Of a stretch of DNA of 50,275 nt, positions 22,409 to 31,762 are shown in pieces. A program made the translations under genes and the position numbers. The DNA lies in the IMG/VR virus record IMGVR_UViG_2974540528_000001, positions 97,169-147,443 of that record. One strand, written 5' to 3'. Each line of letters opens with the position of its first letter. Positions within the stretch are counted from its first letter, which is position 1. The DNA comes from a virus (lineage: Duplodnaviria > Heunggongvirae > Uroviricota > Caudoviricetes). The notes beneath the pieces were generated by a model, which saw only the letters and a list, made by a program, of their open reading frames with translations, was not told the DNA's origin and did no database searches.

Positions 22409-22648
22409 TGCAATTTGGGGTAAAAATTCATCTATCCCCTCAATCCTGAAACCCCAGGCCAATTGCGGACCCGGCGCTCCAGGAAGGTGAGGAACAGCAA
22501 ACAAGACGATCCCATCAATAGCTCCGCGAATCGCGTTCTCTGTGAAAGTCTCTACCAGATCCCCGAAACTAAGACCCGGCCTGAAGCCAGCATTCAGCAT
22601 TTTTTGCTCTGGCGGGGATGCTGGCCTGCCCAAGATATCTTCGTACAT
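22388..22648 (-). CDS. Hypothetical protein
   Basis: TAATG overlap with the upstream gene. Confidence 0.7.
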   Translation of the reverse strand: MYEDILGRPASPPEQKMLNAGFRPGLSFGDLVETFTENAIRGAIDGIVLFAVPHLPGAPGPQLAWGFRIEGIDEFLPQIALQRVMN

Positions 22649-23559
22649 TACACCACCTTGTTCAGTATTGCTGTAACTTTAGGCAGGCTAAGACCCGTCT
22701 GGATCATCAGTTGAGTCATAGCAGTTTCCATTTTCTTGGAGACGATGATGAAATTATCTTTGGCAAAGCCAATGTTAAGATCCAGAATCAGAATGGATTT
22801 AGGCTCACCAGTAAGCTTCTCTCCGGTCATTGCGCAGGTGCTGCGAATATATTTGGCCTTGAACTGAGCATATGTCACACTTACTTTCATACCGACATTT
22901 GCAAAAGTATTGCAGTAATTTGCATAAGCAAGCGCAACAGCTACATCTTCGGGCAGTGCAACACTGATAGCTTCTTTCGGTTCAGCCTCCACTTCCACAG
23001 GCGCAGTGGTTTCTTCTGCCGCAGGCGGTTGTTTGTGTTCGTGTTCAGCAAGCTCTTTGTAGTCGGTGTTGTGATTCTTTTCTACTTTTGCCATGTGTTC
23101 TTTCATGTCCATTTTTGTCTCCTGTTGTGGGATATATTTAGTTTTCAGTTTTTCGAGATGGTCTTTAGACATATTCAGTATCATAGCCTGCACAATCTCA
23201 CGGTCTAGCGGATCAATTATAGTGATGGCTGTTTTCTTGTCAACCAAACGATCTTTCAATTCATTGGCTCTTTGCAAGACAACGCATACATTTCCACGAA
23301 CATAACCTTTCTTATCGTCAATGCGCTCAACTGTCGGATACAATGGGTCTTTTTCGCCATGTACCGACCTCGTGCTAAAGTTCATATTGGTGTAGTCGCA
23401 CGGGCCGATGCCCAAAAGCTTTTCTCCCATCATGAACCAGTCATCAAGGGTCAAGGAGAATTCTAAACCCCGTTTCTTTGTGCGTTCTACCTTTTTATGA
23501 TACCGTTCTTCTAGACTTTTAATCTCGTTGTTGGTAAATTTCTTTTTAATATCAAACAT
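22648..23559 (-). CDS. T4 Srd-like protein with a duplicated HNH-derived domain
   Basis: KKRGLEFSL..CDYT..ERIDDKKGYVRGNV, and a second degenerate copy CAMTGE..LDLNIGFAKDN. Confidence 0.6.
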   Translation of the reverse strand: MFDIKKKFTNNEIKSLEERYHKKVERTKKRGLEFSLTLDDWFMMGEKLLGIGPCDYTNMNFSTRSVHGEKDPLYPTVERIDDKKGYVRGNVCVVLQRANELKDRLVDKKTAITIIDPLDREIVQAMILNMSKDHLEKLKTKYIPQQETKMDMKEHMAKVEKNHNTDYKELAEHEHKQPPAAEETTAPVEVEAEPKEAISVALPEDVAVALAYANYCNTFANVGMKVSVTYAQFKAKYIRSTCAMTGEKLTGEPKSILILDLNIGFAKDNFIIVSKKMETAMTQLMIQTGLSLPKVTAILNKVV

Positions 23560-23593
23560 TTCTAACTCCTTGGGTCTTACCCGTTCTTAGTAA

Positions 23594-23657
23594 GGTGATT
23601 ATCACCATTCTGAAAAGAGTTGTCAACCCTTGATTTCTAAAAAGTGGCGGTGTATCT
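23594..23657. promoter_or_regulatory. Divergent sigma70 promoters with a palindromic operator-like site
   Basis: Minus TTGACA-17-GATAAT; plus TTGATT-16-TATCTT; GGTGAT-T-ATCACC. Confidence 0.7.
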
Positions 23658-23692
23658 TTGTTCATTATTTGTATAAGAGGGTAAATGAGATT

Positions 23693-24676
23693 ATGAGCAA
23701 GGTAGATATTAATGTAAAACCAAACTATACTTGGAATGAGGAGCGGGATTTCATAGATAAGTTGTTACAAGGGAAGCAGGCTGCTCAAGAGAGATTTCTT
23801 TCAACTTTTGAGAGGGACAGATCTGTTGACAACCCCATCACCCGCTTTAGAGATTATCTCCAAGGGGTACAGGATTCAAACCCCATATTGGACATATTTT
23901 TGTCATGTCTCCATAAACTTCCGGCGCATGGTGGCCCTTTTTATTGGCAATGGAATTCCGGTGATGTCCGGGAGTATGGTTCTGATATGAGTCAGAAGCT
24001 AAATGTTTCACGTATGGAAATAGGCCACCAATCACATATTACGGGTGGTGACCCTTGGACACATCGCTTTGTAGAAACAATCTCCATCAATATTTATGGT
24101 CACGGTTGCGGTGAAGCATTTCTTGGTGGGTTCTGGAATTTTAACTACCGTACTAAGTATTTTCTTGAGTGTGTAAAGCAACTTTTGGTGGGGATGTCAC
24201 ACGGAGATGACCTTGATCTCCGTTTGGTTGTCGAATACACCGGTTCCCCTGTCCAATCTTGGATGGCCCATCATGGGGAGAGATTCACCCTTAAAAATGT
24301 AAGCCTCATCAGTGGTGATTTGGTTCTTTACTCTGACTATCTTGAGCCTTCAGCGTTCGATCGTGTTTGTAGCCAACTGAATCATTCTGTTATCAACATC
24401 ATGAACAGAAAGATCGCTAATAAGGCACGTAAGGCAATGTTCGTTTGTTCCCTGAAAGAAACAATGTTCCACTTGGAATATGACCCCAAGCTACAGAGTA
24501 TGATGGAGGGGGACTCCCCAACAGAAGAAGAACTGATGATGATGTCGGTCGCAGGGTATGAAGATGAATTTTGGCTTGACAACGTAAAATCTTTCGATAG
24601 ACTGAACATAAAACCCTTTAACCTAGAGGAAGCTGTCAAATGGTATCAACAGACAAGAGTTGTATTCAAGCTTTAA
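23693..24676 (+). CDS. Hypothetical protein
   Basis: Long ORF; start uncertain. Confidence 0.8.
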   Translation: MSKVDINVKPNYTWNEERDFIDKLLQGKQAAQERFLSTFERDRSVDNPITRFRDYLQGVQDSNPILDIFLSCLHKLPAHGGPFYWQWNSGDVREYGSDMSQKLNVSRMEIGHQSHITGGDPWTHRFVETISINIYGHGCGEAFLGGFWNFNYRTKYFLECVKQLLVGMSHGDDLDLRLVVEYTGSPVQSWMAHHGERFTLKNVSLISGDLVLYSDYLEPSAFDRVCSQLNHSVINIMNRKIANKARKAMFVCSLKETMFHLEYDPKLQSMMEGDSPTEEELMMMSVAGYEDEFWLDNVKSFDRLNIKPFNLEEAVKWYQQTRVVFKL

Positions 24677-25149
24677 GTCCGGCCCAGGAATTGGCGCTGG
24701 CGATCAAAATTGCAGCAGAAGCCCACCTGAATCAGAAAGATAAGGGTGGTAACCCATACATCCTTCACCCGCTGAAGGTAATGCACTACCTGAAGACCGA
24801 TGATTTTCAGCTTATGGCTATCGCCGCGCTTCATGATGTGGTTGAAGACACCGATGTTACCGCTGCGGATCTGGTTCTGCTAGGCTTCTCGAACCGTGTG
24901 AAGGATGCTGTGGTTCTTCTGACGAAAACCCCTAATCAGACACCGGAAGAGTATTTTAACCGCCTGGCCCAAAACTATGATGCGGTACGTGTGAAGCTTG
25001 CAGACCTGCGCCATAACTCTGATGTTCGTCGTCTGAAAGGTCTGACAGATAAGGATTTGTTACGTGTTCGTAAGTATCATGACATGTATCTTCGTCTGAC
25101 AAAGATGAAAGAACACCACGAAGCGATCAACATGTTGGCTACATTATGA
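24640..25149 (+). CDS. HD-domain phosphohydrolase (RelA/SpoT hydrolase or Mesh1-like)
   Basis: AH..Q.DK.G.PYI.HP, LHDVVEDT, KLAD..HN; start uncertain. Confidence 0.85.
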   Translation: MVSTDKSCIQALSPAQELALAIKIAAEAHLNQKDKGGNPYILHPLKVMHYLKTDDFQLMAIAALHDVVEDTDVTAADLVLLGFSNRVKDAVVLLTKTPNQTPEEYFNRLAQNYDAVRVKLADLRHNSDVRRLKGLTDKDLLRVRKYHDMYLRLTKMKEHHEAINMLATL

Positions 25150-25331
25150 TCATTACGAAAAAATCAAATGGCCTTCCTTGGTTAGAAATGGAAATTCCTG
25201 ACAAGGTTGTAGTATGTGCGAGATGTTTTTCCACTTATAACCTGAAAGATGCTCCTGTAAAGGCTCCCGATCAGCTTCGGATTAAGGAACCTTGTTGCCC
25301 GAACTGTGGCTTTAAATGGTATTTGTCATGA
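25146..25331 (+). CDS. Zn-ribbon protein
   Basis: CARC...CPNC. Confidence 0.75.
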   Translation: MIITKKSNGLPWLEMEIPDKVVVCARCFSTYNLKDAPVKAPDQLRIKEPCCPNCGFKWYLS

Positions 25332-25352
25332 ATTTCTTTAAGGAGATTTGAT

Positions 25353-25841
25353 ATGAAAAGCAAAACAAGTCAACAACTTTATGAAGAACATCTTGAGAAA
25401 GGTACGCCTATTGAGACCCTTCTCAGGGCTATGGTCAACAGGGCGGATCGTTACCAGAACTATTACAACAGTATGAAAAATCGTGTGGAAGTTTACGAAA
25501 AGCAATATGACGAGCTACTTCGTAATACAGGCCGACTTATTACTACCAAAGTGGACCATATAGCACAAGACACCTGGGGGTCATACGTATGGTACAGGCA
25601 TAACAAATACCGCTGGAATGGTAAATACTGGTATAAAACAGATGATGAAGGGCCGCATTACAACGCAAGGCACTATCATGGTAAATTTACTGTGGATATT
25701 ATTCTTTCAGAAGAAGATATGCCGGAAGTTTTCATTGGTAAATGCACGGGCAGCGTGTTCGGAGAAAAGGTGATCACAGCTAAAGGGCATATGATCGGGT
25801 ACGGTGATGAATTTGAATTGAGGAAAATAACCAATGTCTAA
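25353..25841 (+). CDS. Hypothetical protein
   Basis: AAGGAG RBS. Confidence 0.8.
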   Translation: MKSKTSQQLYEEHLEKGTPIETLLRAMVNRADRYQNYYNSMKNRVEVYEKQYDELLRNTGRLITTKVDHIAQDTWGSYVWYRHNKYRWNGKYWYKTDDEGPHYNARHYHGKFTVDIILSEEDMPEVFIGKCTGSVFGEKVITAKGHMIGYGDEFELRKITNV

Positions 25842-26211
25842 CTGGAAAACAGCTCTGGACCTACGTGACATCTGGTCTAAAAGAAATGGTGAATGCGGTA
25901 GAGAAGACTGGACAGATAAGACGGTGCATGAGCTTGCTAAAGAGATAGCCCGCCGTCTTGAACGGAAATTCCCTCGCGAGTCAAACTATGACAACTGGGA
26001 TAATGGCTGCGATTATGAGCTGTGTGATATAATTGGCTATTTCCGTGATGTTCCAACATACCCGGATTGGCTAGCCTCTATTGCAGAATGTGAAAATGAG
26101 GGGTATGATGCTGATCCTATTCGCCATTATACACCCTTGCGGGAATTCAACGACATCATGAAAGATTTTTATGATTGGTGTGATGAAAATCGCGTATGGG
26201 TTGATAAATAA
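25834..26211 (+). CDS. Hypothetical protein
   Basis: GAGGA RBS. Confidence 0.8.
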   Translation: MSNWKTALDLRDIWSKRNGECGREDWTDKTVHELAKEIARRLERKFPRESNYDNWDNGCDYELCDIIGYFRDVPTYPDWLASIAECENEGYDADPIRHYTPLREFNDIMKDFYDWCDENRVWVDK

Positions 26212-26273
26212 TCATTGCAATGGGGAGGATCAAATGTATCCTACTACCGAATTTCATTTACAGGAGACAAATA

Positions 26274-27470
26274 ATGTCAAGTCGCAACATCTTTTCTGGT
26301 AACTGGATCACTTTGCGAGATCTTCCACCACTGGTGCAATTTTGCCAGCGTCACAAACGTTCACTGATGATCTTCGGTGGGGCAGGTATTGGTAAAAGTC
26401 AAGCTGTGAAGCAAATTGCGGATTCTCTTTTCGGGCCTGGTGATAACTTGGTAGACTTCCGCTTGGCTGATAAAGATAACACTGACCTCACCGGGGTGCA
26501 GATTCCATACACCGATGACAATGGTGTTACTCGCACAGTGTACGCCTTGCCGGATTTCTGGCCTCGTGATCCTAACTGGAAAGGTATTGTGTTTCTTGAT
26601 GAGCTTCTCCACGCAGAGCCTTACCTTCAGAAACTGGCATTCCAAATCATGCTGGACCGTCGAATCGGGACCTACCAGTTCCCTGAAGGGGCTGTACTGG
26701 TTGCTGCGGGTAACCGTGCTGGGGATGGTACTGCCGTGACTGCACTGGAAGCTCCTTTGGCTAACCGTATGATGCTGGTAGAGCTTACCTATAGCGCATC
26801 GGTGTTCATCGAAGACTATGCCATGCAGAACGGTATTCATTCGTCAATCATTGGTTTTCTGTCTCGTAAGAACAGTGCTATTGAAAACTATGAAGAAATG
26901 CTGGATATCGGGTGTCCTTCTTTCGCCACACCGCGTACTTTAACTTACGCCAGTGATGTATTGTACGATTACGATGCTAATTTGCTGCCTGCCAACCTAG
27001 CTAAAGTGGCCCTTCAGGGCTTCATTGGCACACCTTTAATGGCTGAACTGTGGGCATACCACACCAAGATTCGTAATATGGTTCCGATCGAAGACGTTAT
27101 GAACGGTACTGCCCAAGATCCTGGAGACCTTCCATCAGACAGTCTGTGGATTTTGGGTTCAGAAGGTGCTATTTGGTTGCGTAAGGCTATTGCAGATACC
27201 AATTACACGGATGACCAGATTATTGAATTCTCTGGAAACTTCCTTCAGTATCTTTACGATCACTTTATGGACCAGAACCGAGACTTCGTAAGCTCTATTT
27301 TCCTGTCGTTCATTAAGGAAAATGCGTTTGGTAAGGCGTTGTTGACCACTGCGAGCAACCGTGACAAGCTTCCTGCACGTTTGTTGAAGGCAAAGCCTAT
27401 CATAATGAAAATTATGGCAGACTTCCAGGTCAACTACGCTGAAGATATTAAGCTTATCGAAGGAAAATAA
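26274..27470 (+). CDS. MoxR-like AAA+ ATPase
   Basis: Walker A GGAGIGKS, Walker B VFLDE, AAGN, LANRM. Confidence 0.85.
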   Translation: MSSRNIFSGNWITLRDLPPLVQFCQRHKRSLMIFGGAGIGKSQAVKQIADSLFGPGDNLVDFRLADKDNTDLTGVQIPYTDDNGVTRTVYALPDFWPRDPNWKGIVFLDELLHAEPYLQKLAFQIMLDRRIGTYQFPEGAVLVAAGNRAGDGTAVTALEAPLANRMMLVELTYSASVFIEDYAMQNGIHSSIIGFLSRKNSAIENYEEMLDIGCPSFATPRTLTYASDVLYDYDANLLPANLAKVALQGFIGTPLMAELWAYHTKIRNMVPIEDVMNGTAQDPGDLPSDSLWILGSEGAIWLRKAIADTNYTDDQIIEFSGNFLQYLYDHFMDQNRDFVSSIFLSFIKENAFGKALLTTASNRDKLPARLLKAKPIIMKIMADFQVNYAEDIKLIEGK

Positions 27471-27472
27471 TA

Positions 27473-27501
27473 TTGACAGCCCCTCTTGGGGCTGTTATTC
27501 T
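27473..27501 (+). promoter_or_regulatory. sigma70 promoter whose spacer is a terminator-like hairpin
   Basis: TTGACA-17-TATTCT; ACAGCCCC/GGGGCTGT. Confidence 0.8.
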
Positions 27502-27531
27502 TCATGTATCAAACAAAACGAGGATAGACTC

Positions 27532-27894
27532 ATGCAAATTTACAAAGTTACTACCGAAGGTGATTGCGAAGGCCGTACAACTAAACTACTTGGTTACGTA
27601 AAGGCAAACAGTCCGGCACATGCAATCAAATTCTTGGAAAGTATTGGCAAACACGCTCACTACCAATACTGGATTGACGTTGAGAATAGCTTGGTCATTG
27701 AAGCAACTCCAGAATCAGATCTTAATCACTTGATTGCGGAGATCGAACCCCCCTGTTATGAAGGTGGTTCTTTCAAAGGTGTTGTAAAATCAAACTTGCA
27801 GGTTTTGCAAGAGAAAAAACAAAAAGTTAAAGATGCTCTTCTTCGTTCGGGGTTGTCCTACGAAGACGTTGTTAAATTCGGAAAGGATGATTGA
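27532..27894 (+). CDS. Hypothetical protein
   Basis: GAGGA RBS. Confidence 0.8.
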   Translation: MQIYKVTTEGDCEGRTTKLLGYVKANSPAHAIKFLESIGKHAHYQYWIDVENSLVIEATPESDLNHLIAEIEPPCYEGGSFKGVVKSNLQVLQEKKQKVKDALLRSGLSYEDVVKFGKDD

Positions 27895-28087
27895 TATGCA
27901 TTGTTTAACCTGGGAACAAGCAAAGCAGGCCATGCGTGAAGGTAAACGTATCCGTAACCAATATTTCACTTCTGATGAATGGTTCGAAATGGTTGATGGG
28001 CGTATCTACGCAGAAGACGGTTGCCCTATGGCAGACTGGTATCGTGGTGAAGCATGGCAGGACGAAGGCTGGAGTGTGATCGAATGA
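27887..28087 (+). CDS. Hypothetical protein
   Basis: Coupled ORF. Confidence 0.75.
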   Translation: MIDMHCLTWEQAKQAMREGKRIRNQYFTSDEWFEMVDGRIYAEDGCPMADWYRGEAWQDEGWSVIE

Positions 28088-28236
28088 TCTACAAAAACCA
28101 GTTTCGTAATATCTGGCGCAAGTTTGTTAACGGTAAAGGCTATGTTTCTGGTGACCAAGGCCTCACCTGGACAGAAAGTGGTGCCCCTCAAGACTTGATC
28201 AAGCGATTACCTTATTACGTGGAGAGCAAAGTATGA
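28084..28236 (+). CDS. Hypothetical protein
   Basis: ATGA coupling at both ends. Confidence 0.65.
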   Translation: MIYKNQFRNIWRKFVNGKGYVSGDQGLTWTESGAPQDLIKRLPYYVESKV

Positions 28237-28532
28237 GTCGCAGACCTGGTTTCGGTTATATCTACATTCCCGATTTTACTGGGGAAGATCGTCTTGTTAG
28301 GATCAGTGATCTTGATATCAGCGATATTGAAAACCAAGCGCGATATGGACAGACTGGAAAAGAGTGTTATCTTCGTACAGACAATGGCTTCTGTCAGTCA
28401 GGCTGGACATCTGGCATAACTGCAATGGAAGTTCTTGAGAAGATCGCTAAACACGATAAAGATAATCTTGGGGCCTTTCGTGATTATGCCCATCGTAACC
28501 GGATTGTCCTCATGAAGGGGGAATTATGGTAA
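28233..28532 (+). CDS. Hypothetical protein
   Basis: GGAG RBS; coupling. Confidence 0.75.
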   Translation: MSRRPGFGYIYIPDFTGEDRLVRISDLDISDIENQARYGQTGKECYLRTDNGFCQSGWTSGITAMEVLEKIAKHDKDNLGAFRDYAHRNRIVLMKGELW

Positions 28533-28858
28533 AAAACTTTTCGAATTTTGACGAGATCCCTTCTTCTGTACCGATTACTGAAGAACATTTCAAAAATGTC
28601 GGAGGTGCTAATGACCTAGTGCAGGCATATCAGCCACACTGGTTCGATATCGAGGCGATGATCTGTTTCTTTACACACTGCATGGTGTATGGGGACCGTG
28701 AAACTTTCCGCCCTGCATATGAGCGTGTCCAACGTTTGGCTGATGAAGTGAGGGAATTCGGTTGGAATGAGGACCGTGTTCGCCGTTGCAAGGCTCTCGG
28801 AGGGCTTGAAAAAGAGGTCTATGAGGTCTACCCTCATCTTTTTGTACAACAGGGGTGA
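28526..28858 (+). CDS. Hypothetical protein
   Basis: GGGGG RBS. Confidence 0.75.
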   Translation: MVKNFSNFDEIPSSVPITEEHFKNVGGANDLVQAYQPHWFDIEAMICFFTHCMVYGDRETFRPAYERVQRLADEVREFGWNEDRVRRCKALGGLEKEVYEVYPHLFVQQG

Positions 28859-28861
28859 TGA

Positions 28862-29170
28862 ATGAACCTTCAGAACATTGGGCCAGAGTTAACAGAAGAC
28901 CAGAAAGAAGAACTGGAAAAGGTCCGTGAAGCCCTCAAAGAAATGGTTGGCGATAGAAAGATTGTTGTTCTTGGTTGTGGTAATCCTGTGGGGTACTCAA
29001 CACTAGCTTCTTTGTGGGATGCAGAAACCATTTCTTTGGACGCGATATCTGCCCGTCCTGCAAACAATATCATTATGATTGATAATGATGATGTTGACTA
29101 TGCTAAGTTTAAGATCGTTAAGGGGCGTGGTCACAACAAACTAAAGAAGAAAAAGAAGAAGAGGAAATAA
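28862..29170 (+). CDS. Hypothetical protein with poly-Lys tail
   Basis: Ends KLKKKKKKRK. Confidence 0.75.
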   Translation: MNLQNIGPELTEDQKEELEKVREALKEMVGDRKIVVLGCGNPVGYSTLASLWDAETISLDAISARPANNIIMIDNDDVDYAKFKIVKGRGHNKLKKKKKKRK

Positions 29171-29346
29171 TGGCAAAATTCAAATTCCCAGTTTCTGAAC
29201 TAAACGAGTGTTGGTGGCTTGACACCGCCGACTGTGTTATGGCAGGATACACCTATCGACGGCATCGGGTGTTTGTTGTCTGTGCGAAAAATCGTGCGGA
29301 TGCTATTGAATCCATGAAAGAGTTTAAAGAGAGGAGTTGTAAATGA
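29170..29346 (+). CDS. Small hypothetical protein (58 aa)
   Basis: GAGGA RBS; TAATG and ATGA coupling. Confidence 0.65.
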   Translation: MAKFKFPVSELNECWWLDTADCVMAGYTYRRHRVFVVCAKNRADAIESMKEFKERSCK

Positions 29347-29516
29347 AAGTTAAAATGACCGCAAGTTACAGCGAACAAGGGCACGCCCCCCAAAAAGGTG
29401 ATATTCTGGATGTTCTGGAGGAAGTGTATAATGGGACATTTATTGACTATTACCGTTGTGAGTGGAAAGGCCAAGACCTCGATATCTATCCATACGAATG
29501 TGAGGAAGTGCGATGA
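29343..29516 (+). CDS. Small hypothetical protein (57 aa)
   Basis: GAGGAG RBS; ATGA coupling. Confidence 0.65.
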   Translation: MKVKMTASYSEQGHAPQKGDILDVLEEVYNGTFIDYYRCEWKGQDLDIYPYECEEVR

Positions 29517-30124
29517 GCTTCAAATACAAAGTTGGTGACCTGATCGATGCTGCAAAAAGCGGTGAGATTAATGTCTTTGGGCATGGCTGTAATTGCTATT
29601 GCACGATGGGAAGCGGAATCGCCCCGTTGATCAAAGAAGCATTCCCTAAGATGTACGCTGCCGATCTGAAAACTGAGAAGGGCGATAAGACCAAGCTGGG
29701 AACCTGTACAATGGCCTTTTTGAATGATGGGTCTCTCGCAGGATTTAATCTGTACTCGCAATACGGCTATAATCGTCGTAAACAGGGCCTCAGGGACCTC
29801 GATTACAATGCCCTGTACGATTCGATGGTTGAGATGAAAAAGCTCTTACAGAGCTATACAGACGGTTCTATGGCTGACTACAAAATTGGCTTCCCTAAAA
29901 TTGGTGCGGGCCTTGCAGGCGGTGACTGGAACGTCATCGAGGCAATGATCAAATCAATCTTCTTTGATTGTGATGTGACAGTTTATGTCTTGAAAGAATG
30001 GGAAATCCCTGGCTACTACCCTCCAGACGACGGCCCTCTGACATCAGAACAGATCGCTGCCATTCGGGAAATGACAAAATGTGGATTATCCACAGGGGGG
30101 ACTGGATTATCGTGGTTAAATTGA
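29513..30124 (+). CDS. Macrodomain (ADP-ribose-binding or hydrolase) protein
   Basis: VGDLI..HGCNCYCTMGSGIA..PKIGAGLAGG. Confidence 0.85.
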   Translation: MSFKYKVGDLIDAAKSGEINVFGHGCNCYCTMGSGIAPLIKEAFPKMYAADLKTEKGDKTKLGTCTMAFLNDGSLAGFNLYSQYGYNRRKQGLRDLDYNALYDSMVEMKKLLQSYTDGSMADYKIGFPKIGAGLAGGDWNVIEAMIKSIFFDCDVTVYVLKEWEIPGYYPPDDGPLTSEQIAAIREMTKCGLSTGGTGLSWLN

Positions 30125-30132
30125 GAGACGGT

Positions 30133-30321
30133 ATGGTAGCACATACCAAAAAGATCGACCTTTATGTGGGTAATACGGTGTTAACCTATAACGCCCCTCG
30201 TGGTCAGAGCTTTGCCATACTACTACTTGGGGTAGAGAAACCAAGTGGTGACGGCACGGGTATCCAGGTTGAAGAGTGGCTGAATAGCAGAGGCTGGAAA
30301 CTGGAGAGTTCTGATGAGTAA
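30133..30321 (+). CDS. Hypothetical protein
   Basis: Fills the operon gap; start uncertain. Confidence 0.6.
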   Translation: MVAHTKKIDLYVGNTVLTYNAPRGQSFAILLLGVEKPSGDGTGIQVEEWLNSRGWKLESSDE

Positions 30322-30547
30322 ATCCGTTTTTGTCATCTATGACACTGTTGACAGATGCCTCTGGAACCACAAAGCCAAGATTGGATGGATTAGCTCTGGC
30401 GCTGCCAAGAATGCGTGGAATCTTGTCCACGCAACATGGAGTGGGAAGCAGTATTTTGATGACCAACAAAGATATGTAGTTCTTGAACTTTCTGGCGGAC
30501 ACATTAGCAAATTATTTGAGGAGAATAAAATTGACAAAACCAATTAA
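30314..30547 (+). CDS. Hypothetical protein
   Basis: GGAG RBS. Confidence 0.75.
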   Translation: MSKSVFVIYDTVDRCLWNHKAKIGWISSGAAKNAWNLVHATWSGKQYFDDQQRYVVLELSGGHISKLFEENKIDKTN

Positions 30548-31574
30548 ATACCCAAGCACCGCACAGTTCCGTCAGGTTATCCGCACCATGCATGATAAAC
30601 TGACGTTCGACGGTATTGATGAAGAGGGCAATATCAAGCGAAAGGTGTTGCCACCGGAAGCATACCTGATCCCGTACATTGGTACGGTTAAGCTCCACGG
30701 CACCAATGGTAGCGTGGTATTCCACTCTGAGGATGAAGTTGTCTTCCAGTCCAAAGAGCGTGTCGTGACTGTAGGCGACGATAACAATGGCTTCGCGGCC
30801 TTCATGTCTCGAAAAGACACCGCAGAGTTGCTTTCTCAGGTTAAATATCTGTGTGAAGTCAATGACGTTGAGTTCCAGTTCCCGGTTGAAATTGCTGGTG
30901 AATGGGCTGGTCGCGGCATTCAGAAAGGTGTTGCCATCACTGAAGTAGAGCCGTTCTTTGCTATCTTCCGTGTGGCTGTGGGACGGGATGAGGCAACGGA
31001 TACCCTCAACTGGCTACCACCAACGTTCCAGTTTGGAATTGGATTGCCGGATGCTCGTATCTACAGTATCCTTGACTTTGGTTACTGGATGGCTAATATC
31101 CCATTCAATGAGCCGGAACTTGTCCAGAATGACCTGGCAGAACTGACTCGTGAAGTGGAAAACAAATGCCCGGCAGGTAAGTTCTTTGGCGTAGAAGGTA
31201 TCGGTGAAGGCATTGTCTGGTCTCCAAAAGATCCTGAGCTTTCTAAAATCTCTGGCCTGTGGTTTAAAGTCAAGGGTGATAAACATTCTGTATCTAAAGT
31301 TAAAACCCTGGCAGCGATCGACCCAGAACGCCTCGCAAGTATGCGTGAGTTCGTTGAGTACGCTGTGACGGAAGCACGTCTTGAGCAGGGTGTTAGCGAA
31401 GTCGGTCTTGACCAGACTAAGATTGGTGAATTCATTGGATGGATTAACCGAGACATCAACAAGGAAGAGGGTGATGTTCTGGAAGCCAGCTCCATGACCA
31501 TGAAAGATGTTGGTAAGTTTATCAGCAACAAAGCTCGTGCATGGTACATGACTCGTCTGAGTGAGGAGGGCTAA
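30531..31574 (+). CDS. ATP-dependent RNA ligase (Rnl2-like)
   Basis: KLHGTN, AGEWAG, FFAIF, GEGIV, FKVK motifs; TTG start after GAGGAG. Confidence 0.8.
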   Translation: MTKPIKYPSTAQFRQVIRTMHDKLTFDGIDEEGNIKRKVLPPEAYLIPYIGTVKLHGTNGSVVFHSEDEVVFQSKERVVTVGDDNNGFAAFMSRKDTAELLSQVKYLCEVNDVEFQFPVEIAGEWAGRGIQKGVAITEVEPFFAIFRVAVGRDEATDTLNWLPPTFQFGIGLPDARIYSILDFGYWMANIPFNEPELVQNDLAELTREVENKCPAGKFFGVEGIGEGIVWSPKDPELSKISGLWFKVKGDKHSVSKVKTLAAIDPERLASMREFVEYAVTEARLEQGVSEVGLDQTKIGEFIGWINRDINKEEGDVLEASSMTMKDVGKFISNKARAWYMTRLSEEG

Positions 31575-31762
31575 TGGCCCTCATTGTAGCCACAACGCGG
31601 TCTGTTGAAAAAAGACCTGGACATTCTTTCACCGAGTGTGATACCTTGATTTTCGAAGATGAAGAACAGGGCAAAAAGTTTGTTAAAGAGAACAAACAGT
31701 TTGTCTATCATGTCCAAAAAGCGAGGATCATTAAAAATGGTGAGACCAGAGCCGAAGTTTAA
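31574..31762 (+). CDS. Hypothetical protein
   Basis: GAGGAGG RBS. Confidence 0.7.
   Translation: MALIVATTRSVEKRPGHSFTECDTLIFEDEEQGKKFVKENKQFVYHVQKARIIKNGETRAEV

Noticed and set aside
29220-29250. TTGACA as an internal promoter
   Set aside because: No -10 at proper spacing; lies within the 58-aa ORF
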